Assembly (NCBI GenBank): GCA_963663765.2
Contig: CAXXUA010000003.1
Location: forward strand, 558,081-622,080
Source: Candidatus Poribacteria bacterium
GTDB taxonomy: Bacteria; Poribacteria; WGA-4E; WGA-3G
Length of the DNA: 64,000 nt
Direction: 5' to 3'
Shown: positions 12,193 to 23,620 of the stretch, in pieces
How positions within the stretch are numbered: position 1 is the first letter of the stretch
Layout: each line of letters begins with the position of its first letter
Notes under the pieces: model-generated
Told to the model about the DNA's origin: nothing
What the model saw: the letters and a program-made list of their open reading frames with translations, nothing else
The model's database searches: none
Translations under genes and position numbers: made by a program

Positions 12193-12897
12193 TTACCTGG
12201 ATTGTTTCTTGGTTTCTTTTTTCTTGAAGATTTCAGGAGGGATAACTGTATTGATCTTGTAATCCGTTATGCGATTGATAAGCACTTGTTTTGTCAAGGG
12301 AAAGAAACTCCGAGTTTCTACAGGCAAACCACGTTTTCTTCCCGCTCCTATATATTTAAACTGTGTAACGGCTATTTCAAGAGAAGCCATAGAAATAGAG
12401 AATTGCACGACACGCCAATCTCTCTGTGAAACCCATAACTTTGCTAACTCCCCTGGACGTTCAGCCGATGAGATTTCTAACACATAACATTTTTTCCCTA
12501 ATATAGACTCTCTGTCCTTAAGTTCTATATCTAAGTCTTTCAGGGTCCCAAGCGCACTCAATAACTCTATCCTAAATATCCCGTATTTTGTTAGTCCGAT
12601 CTCTTTAACTACATGCTCATCCGGCTTCCAAAAAAATAAATTAAAGGATATTATCGGTTCTCGCGCTTCAAAGGTACTCTCTGAAGCATACATTGAATCT
12701 GTCTCGTAGGTTTGAACAACTGCCGTATAATTTTCAATATCTTCATAAACTTCTAAGGCGTTTTCCATCACTTCCTGTGCGGTGATGGCTGAAACGTTGC
12801 TGGGGGTTATGCCTACAAAAAGAAACAGGCTTAATATAAAAAAAATGTTTTGGGTGTGTTCTTTACTAACTTTTGATAAAAAACAACAATATAGCAT
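12193..12897 (-). CDS. Exported LolA-like / outer-membrane lipoprotein-sorting-fold protein
   Basis: RBS aaggag, signal peptide, ESILGKKCYVLEI...KLWVSQRDW...DYKINTVIPPEIF pattern. Confidence 0.65.
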   Translation of the reverse strand: MLYCCFLSKVSKEHTQNIFFILSLFLFVGITPSNVSAITAQEVMENALEVYEDIENYTAVVQTYETDSMYASESTFEAREPIISFNLFFWKPDEHVVKEIGLTKYGIFRIELLSALGTLKDLDIELKDRESILGKKCYVLEISSAERPGELAKLWVSQRDWRVVQFSISMASLEIAVTQFKYIGAGRKRGLPVETRSFFPLTKQVLINRITDYKINTVIPPEIFKKKETKKQSR

Positions 12898-13288
12898 AAA
12901 TATTCTCCTTAGTGTTTGATAAATCAAAAAATACATGTCCGTTTATGATGTCACGTTGTTCTACCATTGCGTTGTTCCCGATACGGTTCGGTAGGGACCA
13001 CCTCAAGCAAGGTGGATCGTATTCCCTCCAACAACGCTGCGGAAAGTGTATAATAGACCTTATCTCATAAAACTTATGTAGGGATATGTCCCTGTGCCTC
13101 GCCATCTCTCACAATGAAACTTTAGTTATAATAACCTAAGTTGCGACCTAATCAATTTGAAGGTTCAATCTCACAAATACCGTATTAAGACAGTTTAATT
13201 TTATTATATATACATTATTATATTGTCTTTATATGTATATTTATACATAAATTCAACATATTTGTCAAATTATTTCGTAAAATATTGT

Positions 13289-13409
13289 CAGGGTTATTCA
13301 GTTATAGGTATTTTGACTGTTTCCTGAGAAAATCGCGACTGGGAGGTTGCTTTTACCGCGGGGTTATTTTTTTGAAAAATCCAAATATTAGGAAAACTGA
13401 ATAATCCTG
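13289..13409. mobile_element. Solo 121-bp ISAs1-type MITE (same family as the 2417-3380 units)
   Basis: Ends cagggttattcagtt / aactgaataatcctg; near-perfect 9-bp flanking duplication aaatattgt / aaatattct. Confidence 0.8.
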
Positions 13410-13459
13410 AAATATTCTGAATTAAACTTGACATATTTATCCATTAGTATTATTATCTC

Positions 13460-13580
13460 AGGACTTACGCATTATTCTTGATTAAATCAAGAATAATGAT
13501 GAAAATGATATAATTATCAGTATTTTTCTGGTTTTCCGGCGCGCTTACAAAGCACGCCTATCGTTGTGTGCGTAAGTCCT
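13460..13580. mobile_element. MITE with 12-bp TIR AGGACTTACGCA, abutting the truncated DUF1670-pair element
   Basis: aggacttacgca 13460-13471 and tgcgtaagtcct 13569-13580; internal palindrome cattattcttgatt-a-aatcaagaataatg and a REP ggcgcgcttacaaagcacgcct. Confidence 0.7.
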
Positions 13581-15078
13581 TCTACAGTCAAACGTGACAT
13601 TCGTCAGTTGAAACAGGAAGGATATTTCGTTATGACGCGCGGGACGAAACACGATATGGGCCCCGGCACTTCTCATAAGACACAGATCATGGATCTGTAT
13701 TTCAAAGGCTAAACCTTCACCGAAATCGAGCAAAAAACAAACCACAGCGAACGGGCTGTCTACCGCTACTTGAGAGATTTCACACAAGTTGCCACGCTCC
13801 ATCATCAAGGCTTCCCTAATGCACAGATACGCCTGATTTCTCATCTCTCTGACCGGTTGATACGCGAGTATCTTTCGCTGTCCAAGGAATATCAACACAC
13901 CGATCGCATGACCCAACTCCTTCACCCAGAACCATAGGACACAAAAAAGGGGGATCTCTCATGAGTAAACCACTAACACGCACGCAAATCAACGAGAAAA
14001 TATTCAGACGCATCAACGATAAATCCCTACGACAGTTGCTTATCCATCGCTTTCTCAATGACTACGGGTATGACAAAGGCGAAGTCACTGCCACCGCCAT
14101 TGTTGATGATATTCTCAAGACCGTTGAGGACTATTTCGTAATTACCCTCCCCTTGGGGAAACTCGCCACCGGCGATCAACTCACAGATGAGCGTTTCCTG
14201 AGTTATGGACAACTCGTTTGGATGGCCATCCCTATTGATGAACATCCAGAAAGAGGGAAGTCCATCGTCAAAACTCGGATGAAACCCATCATCTTGACCT
14301 ATCTCGCTACCGAGGATATTGAATCTTTTCGAAACGGATTTACCTCCCGACAACTGTAAATCAATCGCTTAGTCCGCTGGTGTCATCAAGCCTATGACCA
14401 AGGTGCTTTATTGACACAACTCGATTTAGCCGTCTTGCTGAACGTCTGCGATGCTGTTGTCTGTGATTATGTCAATGAATGGCAAAAAACCACTGGTGAC
14501 ATCTTGCCCACTCGCGGCAACATCCATGATTTATCAGGTGCTATTACCCACAAGAAAGAGATCATCACCCTCTATCTTCAAGGACATCTCACCCCCAGAA
14601 TTGCCGCAAAGACCAAACACTCTAAAGAGGCAGTTGACCGATACATTCGCGATTATGAGAGCGTCAAAGTCGTTCGCAACGCAACTGCAGATATTGATAC
14701 AATCTCACAGATTACACGACTTTCTAAACGCGTTATCACTCAATATCTTGACCTTATTCCACAGCACCAACTTCAAACTATGGATGCAAACCTTGCCAAT
14801 TCATCTGCAAACGATGCAACAACACGCCAAGGAGAAGAACAATGATACTAAACCTCCTGTTCCACCAGACGAACATTATTCAGAAAAACCGAGGCAGTTT
14901 CCTTGAACATAGGATTGACAACTGCTACTTGTTTTGCTATACTCTAAGAATGTTTACCGTTAATCGCATCATTTCTCAAAGAGAATGATAGTTATTCCAA
15001 CTTAACCCACTCATCAACGATGGTTGCGAAGCTAATAAACATCAGCATTCCAGCTATCCTATGGTCATTTGATACTAT
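13575..15078 (+). mobile_element. DUF1670-pair element copy A: left end lost, both ORFs carry stops, right end intact
   Basis: Collinear with 51132-52633; stops near 13710, 13935 and 14357; right IR GGTCATTTGATAC 15063-15075 followed by TAT-TT. Confidence 0.9.
14915..14943 (+). promoter_or_regulatory. Sigma70-type promoter in the element 3' non-coding region (copy A)
   Basis: TTGACA-17 nt-TATACT with extended -10 TG; conserved in copy B. Confidence 0.7.
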
Positions 15079-18000
15079 TTTAAAATAACCATTTTACGCA
15101 GGAAAGACACACTGTCTGCCTGCAGTTGATAAACATAGATACCGTTTGCCACTCGTTCACCGAGATTGTTCCGACCATCCCAATGCGCAGCACTGCTTCG
15201 GGTTTTGTAGTATCCTGCCCGCTGATGCCCCAAGTCCAGTCGACGCACAATAACGCCACGAGCATCGTAAATCGTAATCTGCACGTTGCTGGCATTTGCC
15301 AACTGATACGGTATCCACGTCTCAGGATTGAACGGATTGGGAAAGTTTGACAGCAAGGCGGTATTATCAGGAATTTCAGGTGATGTTTGAACGGATGGCG
15401 CAGCATTGGCTACATCGGTGACATTGATTGTAACGGTGATGATATCAAGACCGTTTTTCCCATCATCAACAGATACTGTTACCGTATAGGATGTCTTTAT
15501 TTCATAATCAAGTGTAGCCTTCGTTTGTAGCTGCCCGCTTGTGCTAACAATATCAAACGAAGCAGCATCCGTGCCGCTGAGTGAATATGTAAGTGTATCA
15601 CTGGTATCTGAATCCGTTGCAGCCACTGGTGTGCCGATGCTTTGACCGGCTTCTGTATTTTCTGCAACGGATCGGGTGGTGCTGTCTCCGTCAGGAAACA
15701 CAGGCGGGTTGTTATTAATGTCAATATTAATGTCAATATTAGGATTATTTTCCTTGAGTCTGCGGAGCGGACCGTAATCTGAAATCGGGTTTCCGATGAT
15801 ATATAATGTATTCAGTGAAGTCAAACCTTCAAGTTCAGAGACATCACTGATTTGGTTACTGCTGAGAGATAATTTTTTCAGTTTTGTGTTATTATCAAAC
15901 ACACCAGTGGGTAATGAGGTCAGAGCATTACTGCCTATCCAAAGATCTTTCAGTTTTGTGTTATTGTCAAACACACCAGTAGGTAACGAAGTCAGATCAT
16001 TGCTGCCCAGCGCAAGTTCTCTTAGATTTGTGTTATTATCAAACACATTAGCAGGCAACGAAGTCAGCGCGTTGCTGCCCAGCACAAGCCATTCCAGTTT
16101 TGTGTTATTGTCAAACACATTAGTGGGTAACGAAGTCAGCTCGTTGCGGCTTAGCCAAAGATCTTTCAGTTCAGTGTTATTGTCAAACACATTAGCGGGC
16201 AAAGAGGTCAGATCGTTGTTGTTCAGCGTAAGCCATTCCAGTTTTGTATTGTTGTTAAACACATTAGCGGGTAATGCGGTCAGATCGTTATTGTTCAGAG
16301 CTAGGTCTGTCAGATTTATGTTATTGTCAAACACATTAGCGGGTAATGCGGTCAGATCGTTATTGTCCAGAGATAGGTATGTCAGATTTGTGTTATTGTC
16401 AAACACATTAGCGGGTAACGAAGTCAGATCGTTATGATACAGGTAGAGATCTGTTAGTTTTGTGTTATTGTCAAACACATTAGCGGACAATGCGGTCAGA
16501 TCGTTATCAGACAGGTAGAGGTCTGTCAGTTTTGTATTATTGTCAAACACATTAGCGGGTAAAGAGGTCAGACCGTTATGATACAGGTAGAGTTCTGTCA
16601 GTTTTGTGTTATTGTCAAACACACCAGCGGGTAACGAGGTCAGACCGTTAAAATGCAGCAATAGAGTTTTCAGTTTTGTATTATTGTCAAAGACACCAGC
16701 GGGTAACGAGGTCAGATCGTTTTTATACAGACTGATCCCTGTGAGTTTCGTGAGTTTGCCGAATACATCAGATCGCAACGAATTCAGTCCACTCCCACCA
16801 AACGAAAGGTATGTCAGTTTTGTGTTATTGTCAAACACTCCAGCGGGTAACGTTGTAAAATAGCATCCACCCAGTTCAATGGATCTCAGTTCAGTGTTTT
16901 CGTCAAAGACACCAGCGGGTAAAGATTTTAGACCGGTGTAGTAAAGACTAAGAGTTCTTAGCGCGGTCATACCGGAGAAATCACCTACTTTCAATGTGTT
17001 CATTTTTTTGTTATAAAGATTCAGATCATCAATCTGCTGAAGATGTTCTGATGTCACATCTTCAGCAGAATCCACACCTGCTGCCTTCACGATTGCATTC
17101 CGCACATGTGATGTGCGTTCACTGATTGGGACAATTATAGTTTCTGTCACGTCAGTGACATTGATAGTGACCGTGATTTCATCCTCGCCACTATTGCCAT
17201 CAGAGACAGAAATGGTTACCGTATAAGAGGTTTTTGTTTCATAATCAAGTGCAGCATTCGTCTGTAGCTGCCCGCTCGTGTTGACGATGCTAAACGATGT
17301 CGCATCCGTACCACTGAGAGTATATGTAAGCGTATCGTTATCCGCATCGGTTGCAGCAACAGGGTCTCCGATGTTCTGCTCAGATTCCGTATTTTCCACA
17401 ACTGACCGGGTTGTGCTATCGCCATCGGTGAATTCAGGGGTACGGTTTTCGTCCACATCAGTGACACTAATAGTGACCGTGATACTATCTCTACCACCAT
17501 TCCCATCAGACACTGTGATTGTCAAGGAATAAGATGTCTTGGTTTCATAATTTATGGCTGATCTTGTTAGCAGCTGCCCGTTTGTAGTGTTAATGCTAAA
17601 TGAGGCAGCATCCGTCCCACTGAAACTATAAGTAAGATCATCGTCATCTGCATCGGTTGCCCCAATCGCACTCCCGATATTCACGCCGGATCCCGTATTC
17701 TCCGCAACAGAGCGGGTTATGCTATCGCCATCTGTAAACACAGGTGCGCGGTTCTCGTCCACATCCGCCACATTGATTGTAATATCAATTTCGTCTGTGA
17801 GTGTTCCATCAGACACAGTGATTGTGACAGAATAGGAGTCTTTTGTTTCGTAATCCAGAGCGGCTTTCGTTCGCAAATGTCCTGAGCTGCTATCAATGCC
17901 AAACGAGGCAGCATCCGTTCCACCGAGACTATAAGTAAGCGTATCGTCATCTGCATCGGTTGCCCCAATCGCACTCCCGATATTCACGCCGGACCCCGTA

Positions 18001-21000
18001 TTCTCCGCAACAGAGCGGGTTGTGCTATCGCCATCTGTAAACACAGGTGCGCGGTTCTCATCCACATCCGCCACATTGATGGTAATATCGATTTCGTCTG
18101 TGAGTGTTCCATCAGACACGGTGATTGTGACAGAATAGGAGTCTTTTGTTTCGTAATCCAGAGCGGCTTTCGTTCGCAACTGTCCTGAGCTACTATCAAT
18201 GCTAAATGAGGCAGCATCCGTCCCACCGAGACTATAAGTAAGATCATCGTCATCTGCATCGGTTGCCCCAATCACACTCCCGATATTCACGCCGGACCCC
18301 GTATTTTCCGCAACGGAACGCGTTGTGCTATCGCCATCTGTAAACACGGGTGCGCGGTTCTCGTCCACATCCGCCACATTGATTGTAATGCTATCGCCAT
18401 CTGTAAACACAGGCTCGCGATTCTCGTCTACATCACTCACATTGATGGTAATGTCAATCGTATCTGTGAGTGTGCCATCGGAGACAATGATTGTTACTAA
18501 ATAACGAGCTTTGGTTTCATAATCCAAGGCAGTTTTAGTTTGCAGTTGTCCTGTCGTGTTAACAATGTCAAACGACGATGCATCCGTGCCACCGAGTGAA
18601 TATGTCAAGGTATCGCCATCGTCCGGATCGGTTGCTGATAACGCTCCACCGATATTCACTCTAGCCGCCGTATTCTCCGCGATAGACAGGGTAGTGTCGG
18701 TATTAGCAGCAATGACAGGTGCTTCATTGACATCCGTGACGTTAATTGTGACTGTGATTGTGTCTGTGTCACTACCATCTGTTACGGTGACAACAACTGT
18801 ATAAGACGATTTCGTTTCATGGTTCAGGGCAGCGTTCGTTTTCAGTTGCCCGTTTGTGTCGTCAATGCTAAACGAGGACGCATCTGTTCCACTCAGCAGG
18901 TACGCGAGCCTATTGTTATCCGCGTCTGTCGCAGCAATAGGTGTACCGATGTTTTTGTCTGCTGCTGTATTCTCAACAATAGATCGCTTTGTGCTTGTCC
19001 CATCTGTAAATACGGGTGGGTTGTTTGATGGTGTCTCGTCAAGGTTCGTGATGTTGATGGTAACTGTAATGGAGTCCGTAAGACTTCCATCAGAGACAGT
19101 AATTGTCACCGAGTAGACTTTTTTGGATTCATAGTCAAGCGTCGCTTTCGTCTTTAACTGTCCTTTTGTGCTGTCTAAACTAAACGACGCTATATCCGTG
19201 CCGCCCAGCGTATAGGTCAGTTTACTCCCTTCTGGATCAACAGCAGAAACAGCACTTCCGATGTTTATGTCTGCAGCAACATTCTCAGCGATTGAGCGGG
19301 TTGTGCTATCGCCATCAGAAATCGCAGGTGCTTCGTTGACATTGGTAACGTTAATGGTAACGGAGATGCTATCTGTGTCCGTACCGTCTGAGGCAGTGAC
19401 AGATACCGAGTAGGAGGATTTGCTCTCATAGTCCAACGTTTCGCTGGTTTTCAGTTGTCCTGAATAGCTATCAATGCTAAAAGAAGACGCATCGGTGCCA
19501 CTGAGACTATAAGTCAATTCATCATTGTCCGCATCAGTCGCAGCAACAGCACCACCGATGTCTACACCCGGACCCGTATTCTCTGTTACAGTGAGGGTCG
19601 TGCTACTCCCTCCTGTAAACTCCGGTGCGGTGTTTGTTGGCGTTTCGTCTACATCGGAAACATTTATCGTTACGGTGATACTATCACTACCACCGTTGCC
19701 ATCAGATACACTGATTGTCACCGAATAGGAGAACTTCGTTTCATAGTCCAGCGATGCACTTGTCCGCAACTGCCCCGAACTGCTATCAATGCTAAATGCC
19801 CCTGCATCTGTGCCGCTAAGGGTATAGGTGAGTGTATCACCATCCGTATCTGAAGCAGATACCGCAGTGCCGATATTGACACCAGAGCCTGTGTTTTCAG
19901 TGATGGAACGTGTTGTGCTATCGCCGTCTGAAAACACAGGGACGTTATTTAGAGGCGTTTCGTCTACGTCCGTAACATTAATTGTGACCGAGATACTATC
20001 AGTCCCGTTATTGCCATCAGACACAGTGATTGTCACGGAATACGACGACTTCGTTTCATAGTCAAGGGACGCATCGGTTCGCAGTTGTCCTGTTGTGCTA
20101 TCAATACTAAACGAGCCCTTATCCAGACCACCCAGTGTATAAGTCAATGTATGTCCGTCCGTATCGGTGGCTGATACAGCTTTCCCAATGTCAACACCAG
20201 CACCAGTGTTTTCCGCAACTGAGCGGGTGATGCTATCGCCATCTGTGAACTCTGGCGCGTTGTTTGTTGATGTGGTTTCAGGTTCCCCCGTTGTTATACG
20301 ACTATCCGTTACGGTTTTCTCATCCACATCTGTGACGTAGATTGTGACGTTAATCGTATCTGTGAGATTGCCATCTGAGACAGTTACCACCACTGAGTAT
20401 GAGTTTTTAGTTTCATAATCAAGGGACGCTTTTGTTTTCAACTGTCCCGTTGCGGTATCAATGGCAAATGATGAGGCATCTGTACCCCCGATGCTGTAGG
20501 TAAGTGGATCGTCATTCGTATCAGTTGCAGCAACCGGTTCACCAATATTTTCTCCTGCAGCCGTGTTCTCTGCGATGGGTCGCGTTGCGCTTGTGCCTTC
20601 TGTAAACACAGGTGCGCGGTTTTCATCCACATCCGTGACGTTGATTGTGACGTTAATCGTATCTGTGAGATTGCCATCTGAGACAGTTATCATCACCGAG
20701 TATGAGTTTTTAATTTCATAATCAAGGGACGCTTTTGTTTTCAACTGTCCCGTTGCGGAATCAATGGCAAATGCTGTTGCGTCTGTTCCACCAAGGCTAT
20801 AGGTGAGCGTATCGTCATCCGCATCAGTTGCAGCAACCGGTTCACCAATATTTTCTCCTGTAGCCGTATTCTCTGCAATAGATCGAGTTGTACTTGTACC
20901 TTCCGTAAACACCGGTGCGCGGTTTTCATCTACATCCGTGACGTTGATTGTGATGTTAATCGTATCTGTGAGACTACCGTCTGAGACAGTTATCATCACC

Positions 21001-23405
21001 GAGTATGAGTTTTTGGTTTCATAATCAAGGGACGCTTTTGTTTTCAACTGTCCCGTTGCGGTTTCAATGGCAAATGATGATGCATCTGTCCCACCCAGTG
21101 AATAAGTCAGAGTGTCGTCGTTAGCATCTGTGGCAGTGATCGCAGTGCTAATATCTATGCCTGCCGCCGTGTTCTCTGCGATTACGCGCGTAGTAGATGA
21201 CCCATCTGTAAACATAGGTGCTACATTTATACGTTTGAATATTTCCAGAGGTAAACCATCAGGTTTCACAAGTGTGTAACCACTATGTGTTGCGGGTAAA
21301 CTCGGCATCGTTTCAATATCTACCGTAACTGCATCCGTCGTCCCGGCAGTGCGGTTCACGAGGAAAGGGACACTCACCGCACTACCTTTTGAGATCATGA
21401 TGTTGTCTACACCAATACTCCCATTTTCGACGGAGATTTGTAGATTCATATCAAACGGTGCACCTGGTGGCACAACAGCTCTCACTTGGTTTTCACCGAC
21501 TTTTTCCAGTGTTACAGTCAAAGGTATAGATGAAACCGAATTCCCACTCAAGTTGAGATGATCTAATGATGTCAATCCAACAAAAATACCATTGGGTAGG
21601 TTTGTGAGTTGATTATTACTGAGATTAAGCGTTGTAAGTGAAAGCAGACCAGAGAAATCGCTTGCATCCAATGATGTGATTGACGTGCCACTGAGATTGA
21701 GAGTGGTTATTGTTGCAAGGTGGATGTTGCTTACATTACGGCAATCGGTTACATCCGGCACTGCATCGGTAATCGCTTCAATAACTTGGAGCGTGCGGTT
21801 ACAAACATCAGATTTGGCAAGTATATAACCGAAATGGTTGGCTGGCAATACCGGTAACTCCCCGATGCTTGGCGTGCCTACATACGTAAAACTTTCACTT
21901 GTCACGCTGCCTTTTGGGATCGTGACCATCAGGGAATTGTTGATAGGCAAAACAATGTCAAACGGCGCACCTGTTGATATAACAGCTCGGAACTGATTGT
22001 CTGACACCTGTTGTAATGACACAAGGAGTGGCATCGGAGCAACGGTGTTGCCTCCTAATCGGAGCGTCGTCAGCGATATAAGACCTTCAAATATACCATT
22101 CGGCAGAATGCTCAGCAGGTTACCATACAGATTTAAACTTGTGAGTCCTGTCAAACCGGCAAAATCACCTGATTTTAGCTCAGAAATACCCGCAGATCGT
22201 AAATTCAGGCTTGTAATTGCTGCGAGATGTGCACCAGTTACTTCCTCAGCAGAAGTTATTCCGGAGACCGCAGCAACAATAGCATCACGCACTTGCGGTG
22301 TACGCTTACTGACAGGCAGTGATGTTGCGGCTAAATCCATATCCGCTACGTCTATGACACTGACAATAACAGTGATGGTATTTGTGAGACTACCGTCAGA
22401 TACAGTGACTGCCACCGTATAGATGCTCTTTATTTCATAATCCAATGATGCACTTGTTTTCAACTGTCCTGTCGCACTATCGATCTCAAAAGCTGCTGCG
22501 TCAGTCCCGCTAAGTGTATAGCTCAAGGAGTCGTCATTGGCATCAGTTGCAGCAATCGCTGTGCCGATATTGACATCTGATGCAGTATTCTCTACTACTG
22601 ATCGGATGGCGATTATGCCATCTGTGAACACTGGCACGGCAGCTTCCTTTACTGGCAGCGGGGTGACTTCATCAGGTGGATCTACTGGGTCAACAGGCGG
22701 TGTAATAACTACTGCACCTATAACTTCAATCGGGAGATCGTCTGATTTAGATAAAGTATAGCCGTAATGATTACTCGGCAGATTTGGCAATGTCCCGATG
22801 TCCGCAGTAACAGCATCGGTAGTGCCTGCGGTGCGAGTAACCGTCAAAGTATCGCTTTCCACGCTCCCCTTGGCAATCGTGAGTGTCGTTGCACTGTCAA
22901 CTATACTGCCGTTAGTGACACTAACCGGCAAGACAATATCAAATGGTGACCCTGTTGGTACAACTGCTTTGAACCGACCACCACTGTCTCCGACCCTTTC
23001 AAGCGAAACTGTTATTGGTAAAGGATGAACTGTGTTACCACCTAATCGAAGCGTTGTTAAAGCAGTCAATCCTTCAAAGATACCATCTGGAAGCTTGCTT
23101 AGCATATTACCGTATAGATTTAGGGTTGTTAGCCCAGTTAGCCCCGAAAGATCGCCTGATTTTAGGGCAGTAATCCCTTTGGAGCGTAGGTTGAGACTGG
23201 TGATGGTGGTGAGGTGTGTTTCGGTTACATCCGTAGCAGAAGTAACACCTGCTGCCGCTATGATCGCTTCACGCACCTGCGGCGTGCGATCATTGACAGG
23301 TGGTATCTCAGCATACACCATGAGAAATGGACTAAATACTATCAATAGTGACCTGAAAATAGATATAGTATACTTGAGATTTACCGCCTGCGTTTTCATG
23401 TTCAA
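15075..23405 (-). CDS. Giant secreted LRR + cadherin-repeat protein with FlgD/T9SS-like tail (2776 aa)
   Basis: Cadherin motifs APVF..ENT..ATDAD..LDYETK; 24-aa LRRs LPANVFDNNTKL; tail ending RKMVILK; its stop TAG overlaps the element right end. Confidence 0.9.
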   Translation of the reverse strand: MNMKTQAVNLKYTISIFRSLLIVFSPFLMVYAEIPPVNDRTPQVREAIIAAAGVTSATDVTETHLTTITSLNLRSKGITALKSGDLSGLTGLTTLNLYGNMLSKLPDGIFEGLTALTTLRLGGNTVHPLPITVSLERVGDSGGRFKAVVPTGSPFDIVLPVSVTNGSIVDSATTLTIAKGSVESDTLTVTRTAGTTDAVTADIGTLPNLPSNHYGYTLSKSDDLPIEVIGAVVITPPVDPVDPPDEVTPLPVKEAAVPVFTDGIIAIRSVVENTASDVNIGTAIAATDANDDSLSYTLSGTDAAAFEIDSATGQLKTSASLDYEIKSIYTVAVTVSDGSLTNTITVIVSVIDVADMDLAATSLPVSKRTPQVRDAIVAAVSGITSAEEVTGAHLAAITSLNLRSAGISELKSGDFAGLTGLTSLNLYGNLLSILPNGIFEGLISLTTLRLGGNTVAPMPLLVSLQQVSDNQFRAVISTGAPFDIVLPINNSLMVTIPKGSVTSESFTYVGTPSIGELPVLPANHFGYILAKSDVCNRTLQVIEAITDAVPDVTDCRNVSNIHLATITTLNLSGTSITSLDASDFSGLLSLTTLNLSNNQLTNLPNGIFVGLTSLDHLNLSGNSVSSIPLTVTLEKVGENQVRAVVPPGAPFDMNLQISVENGSIGVDNIMISKGSAVSVPFLVNRTAGTTDAVTVDIETMPSLPATHSGYTLVKPDGLPLEIFKRINVAPMFTDGSSTTRVIAENTAAGIDISTAITATDANDDTLTYSLGGTDASSFAIETATGQLKTKASLDYETKNSYSVMITVSDGSLTDTINITINVTDVDENRAPVFTEGTSTTRSIAENTATGENIGEPVAATDADDDTLTYSLGGTDATAFAIDSATGQLKTKASLDYEIKNSYSVMITVSDGNLTDTINVTINVTDVDENRAPVFTEGTSATRPIAENTAAGENIGEPVAATDTNDDPLTYSIGGTDASSFAIDTATGQLKTKASLDYETKNSYSVVVTVSDGNLTDTINVTIYVTDVDEKTVTDSRITTGEPETTSTNNAPEFTDGDSITRSVAENTGAGVDIGKAVSATDTDGHTLTYTLGGLDKGSFSIDSTTGQLRTDASLDYETKSSYSVTITVSDGNNGTDSISVTINVTDVDETPLNNVPVFSDGDSTTRSITENTGSGVNIGTAVSASDTDGDTLTYTLSGTDAGAFSIDSSSGQLRTSASLDYETKFSYSVTISVSDGNGGSDSITVTINVSDVDETPTNTAPEFTGGSSTTLTVTENTGPGVDIGGAVAATDADNDELTYSLSGTDASSFSIDSYSGQLKTSETLDYESKSSYSVSVTASDGTDTDSISVTINVTNVNEAPAISDGDSTTRSIAENVAADINIGSAVSAVDPEGSKLTYTLGGTDIASFSLDSTKGQLKTKATLDYESKKVYSVTITVSDGSLTDSITVTINITNLDETPSNNPPVFTDGTSTKRSIVENTAADKNIGTPIAATDADNNRLAYLLSGTDASSFSIDDTNGQLKTNAALNHETKSSYTVVVTVTDGSDTDTITVTINVTDVNEAPVIAANTDTTLSIAENTAARVNIGGALSATDPDDGDTLTYSLGGTDASSFDIVNTTGQLQTKTALDYETKARYLVTIIVSDGTLTDTIDITINVSDVDENREPVFTDGDSITINVADVDENRAPVFTDGDSTTRSVAENTGSGVNIGSVIGATDADDDDLTYSLGGTDAASFSIDSSSGQLRTKAALDYETKDSYSVTITVSDGTLTDEIDITINVADVDENRAPVFTDGDSTTRSVAENTGSGVNIGSAIGATDADDDTLTYSLGGTDAASFGIDSSSGHLRTKAALDYETKDSYSVTITVSDGTLTDEIDITINVADVDENRAPVFTDGDSITRSVAENTGSGVNIGSAIGATDADDDDLTYSFSGTDAASFSINTTNGQLLTRSAINYETKTSYSLTITVSDGNGGRDSITVTISVTDVDENRTPEFTDGDSTTRSVVENTESEQNIGDPVAATDADNDTLTYTLSGTDATSFSIVNTSGQLQTNAALDYETKTSYTVTISVSDGNSGEDEITVTINVTDVTETIIVPISERTSHVRNAIVKAAGVDSAEDVTSEHLQQIDDLNLYNKKMNTLKVGDFSGMTALRTLSLYYTGLKSLPAGVFDENTELRSIELGGCYFTTLPAGVFDNNTKLTYLSFGGSGLNSLRSDVFGKLTKLTGISLYKNDLTSLPAGVFDNNTKLKTLLLHFNGLTSLPAGVFDNNTKLTELYLYHNGLTSLPANVFDNNTKLTDLYLSDNDLTALSANVFDNNTKLTDLYLYHNDLTSLPANVFDNNTNLTYLSLDNNDLTALPANVFDNNINLTDLALNNNDLTALPANVFNNNTKLEWLTLNNNDLTSLPANVFDNNTELKDLWLSRNELTSLPTNVFDNNTKLEWLVLGSNALTSLPANVFDNNTNLRELALGSNDLTSLPTGVFDNNTKLKDLWIGSNALTSLPTGVFDNNTKLKKLSLSSNQISDVSELEGLTSLNTLYIIGNPISDYGPLRRLKENNPNIDINIDINNNPPVFPDGDSTTRSVAENTEAGQSIGTPVAATDSDTSDTLTYSLSGTDAASFDIVSTSGQLQTKATLDYEIKTSYTVTVSVDDGKNGLDIITVTINVTDVANAAPSVQTSPEIPDNTALLSNFPNPFNPETWIPYQLANASNVQITIYDARGVIVRRLDLGHQRAGYYKTRSSAAHWDGRNNLGERVANGIYVYQLQADSVSFLRKMVILK

Positions 23406-23620
23406 CTCCTTTCCTTAAATATTGTTGTTTCGTGGTAGAATGACTATAAAGAACATATAACCAGCAATTAATATTAATAAATCAACAGTTAATAGTATTG
23501 ACTTAATATGGCTATTAGAATAAAATAACTTGATTTGTAGTGCGGAGTCTCTGATACTCTGCACAGCAATAAAGGTGAGACGTGTCATGGAAAAGGTAAA
23601 AACCCACGTCCCATAAGTTT

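Noticed and set aside
13545-14353. Minus-strand ORFs within the element copies
   Set aside because: Antisense to the DUF1670-like genes; their conservation is explained by DNA identity of the copies
6300-16930. Diversity-generating retroelement behind the LRR variation
   Set aside because: No reverse transcriptase or template/variable repeat pair in the window; the changes do not look adenine-restricted
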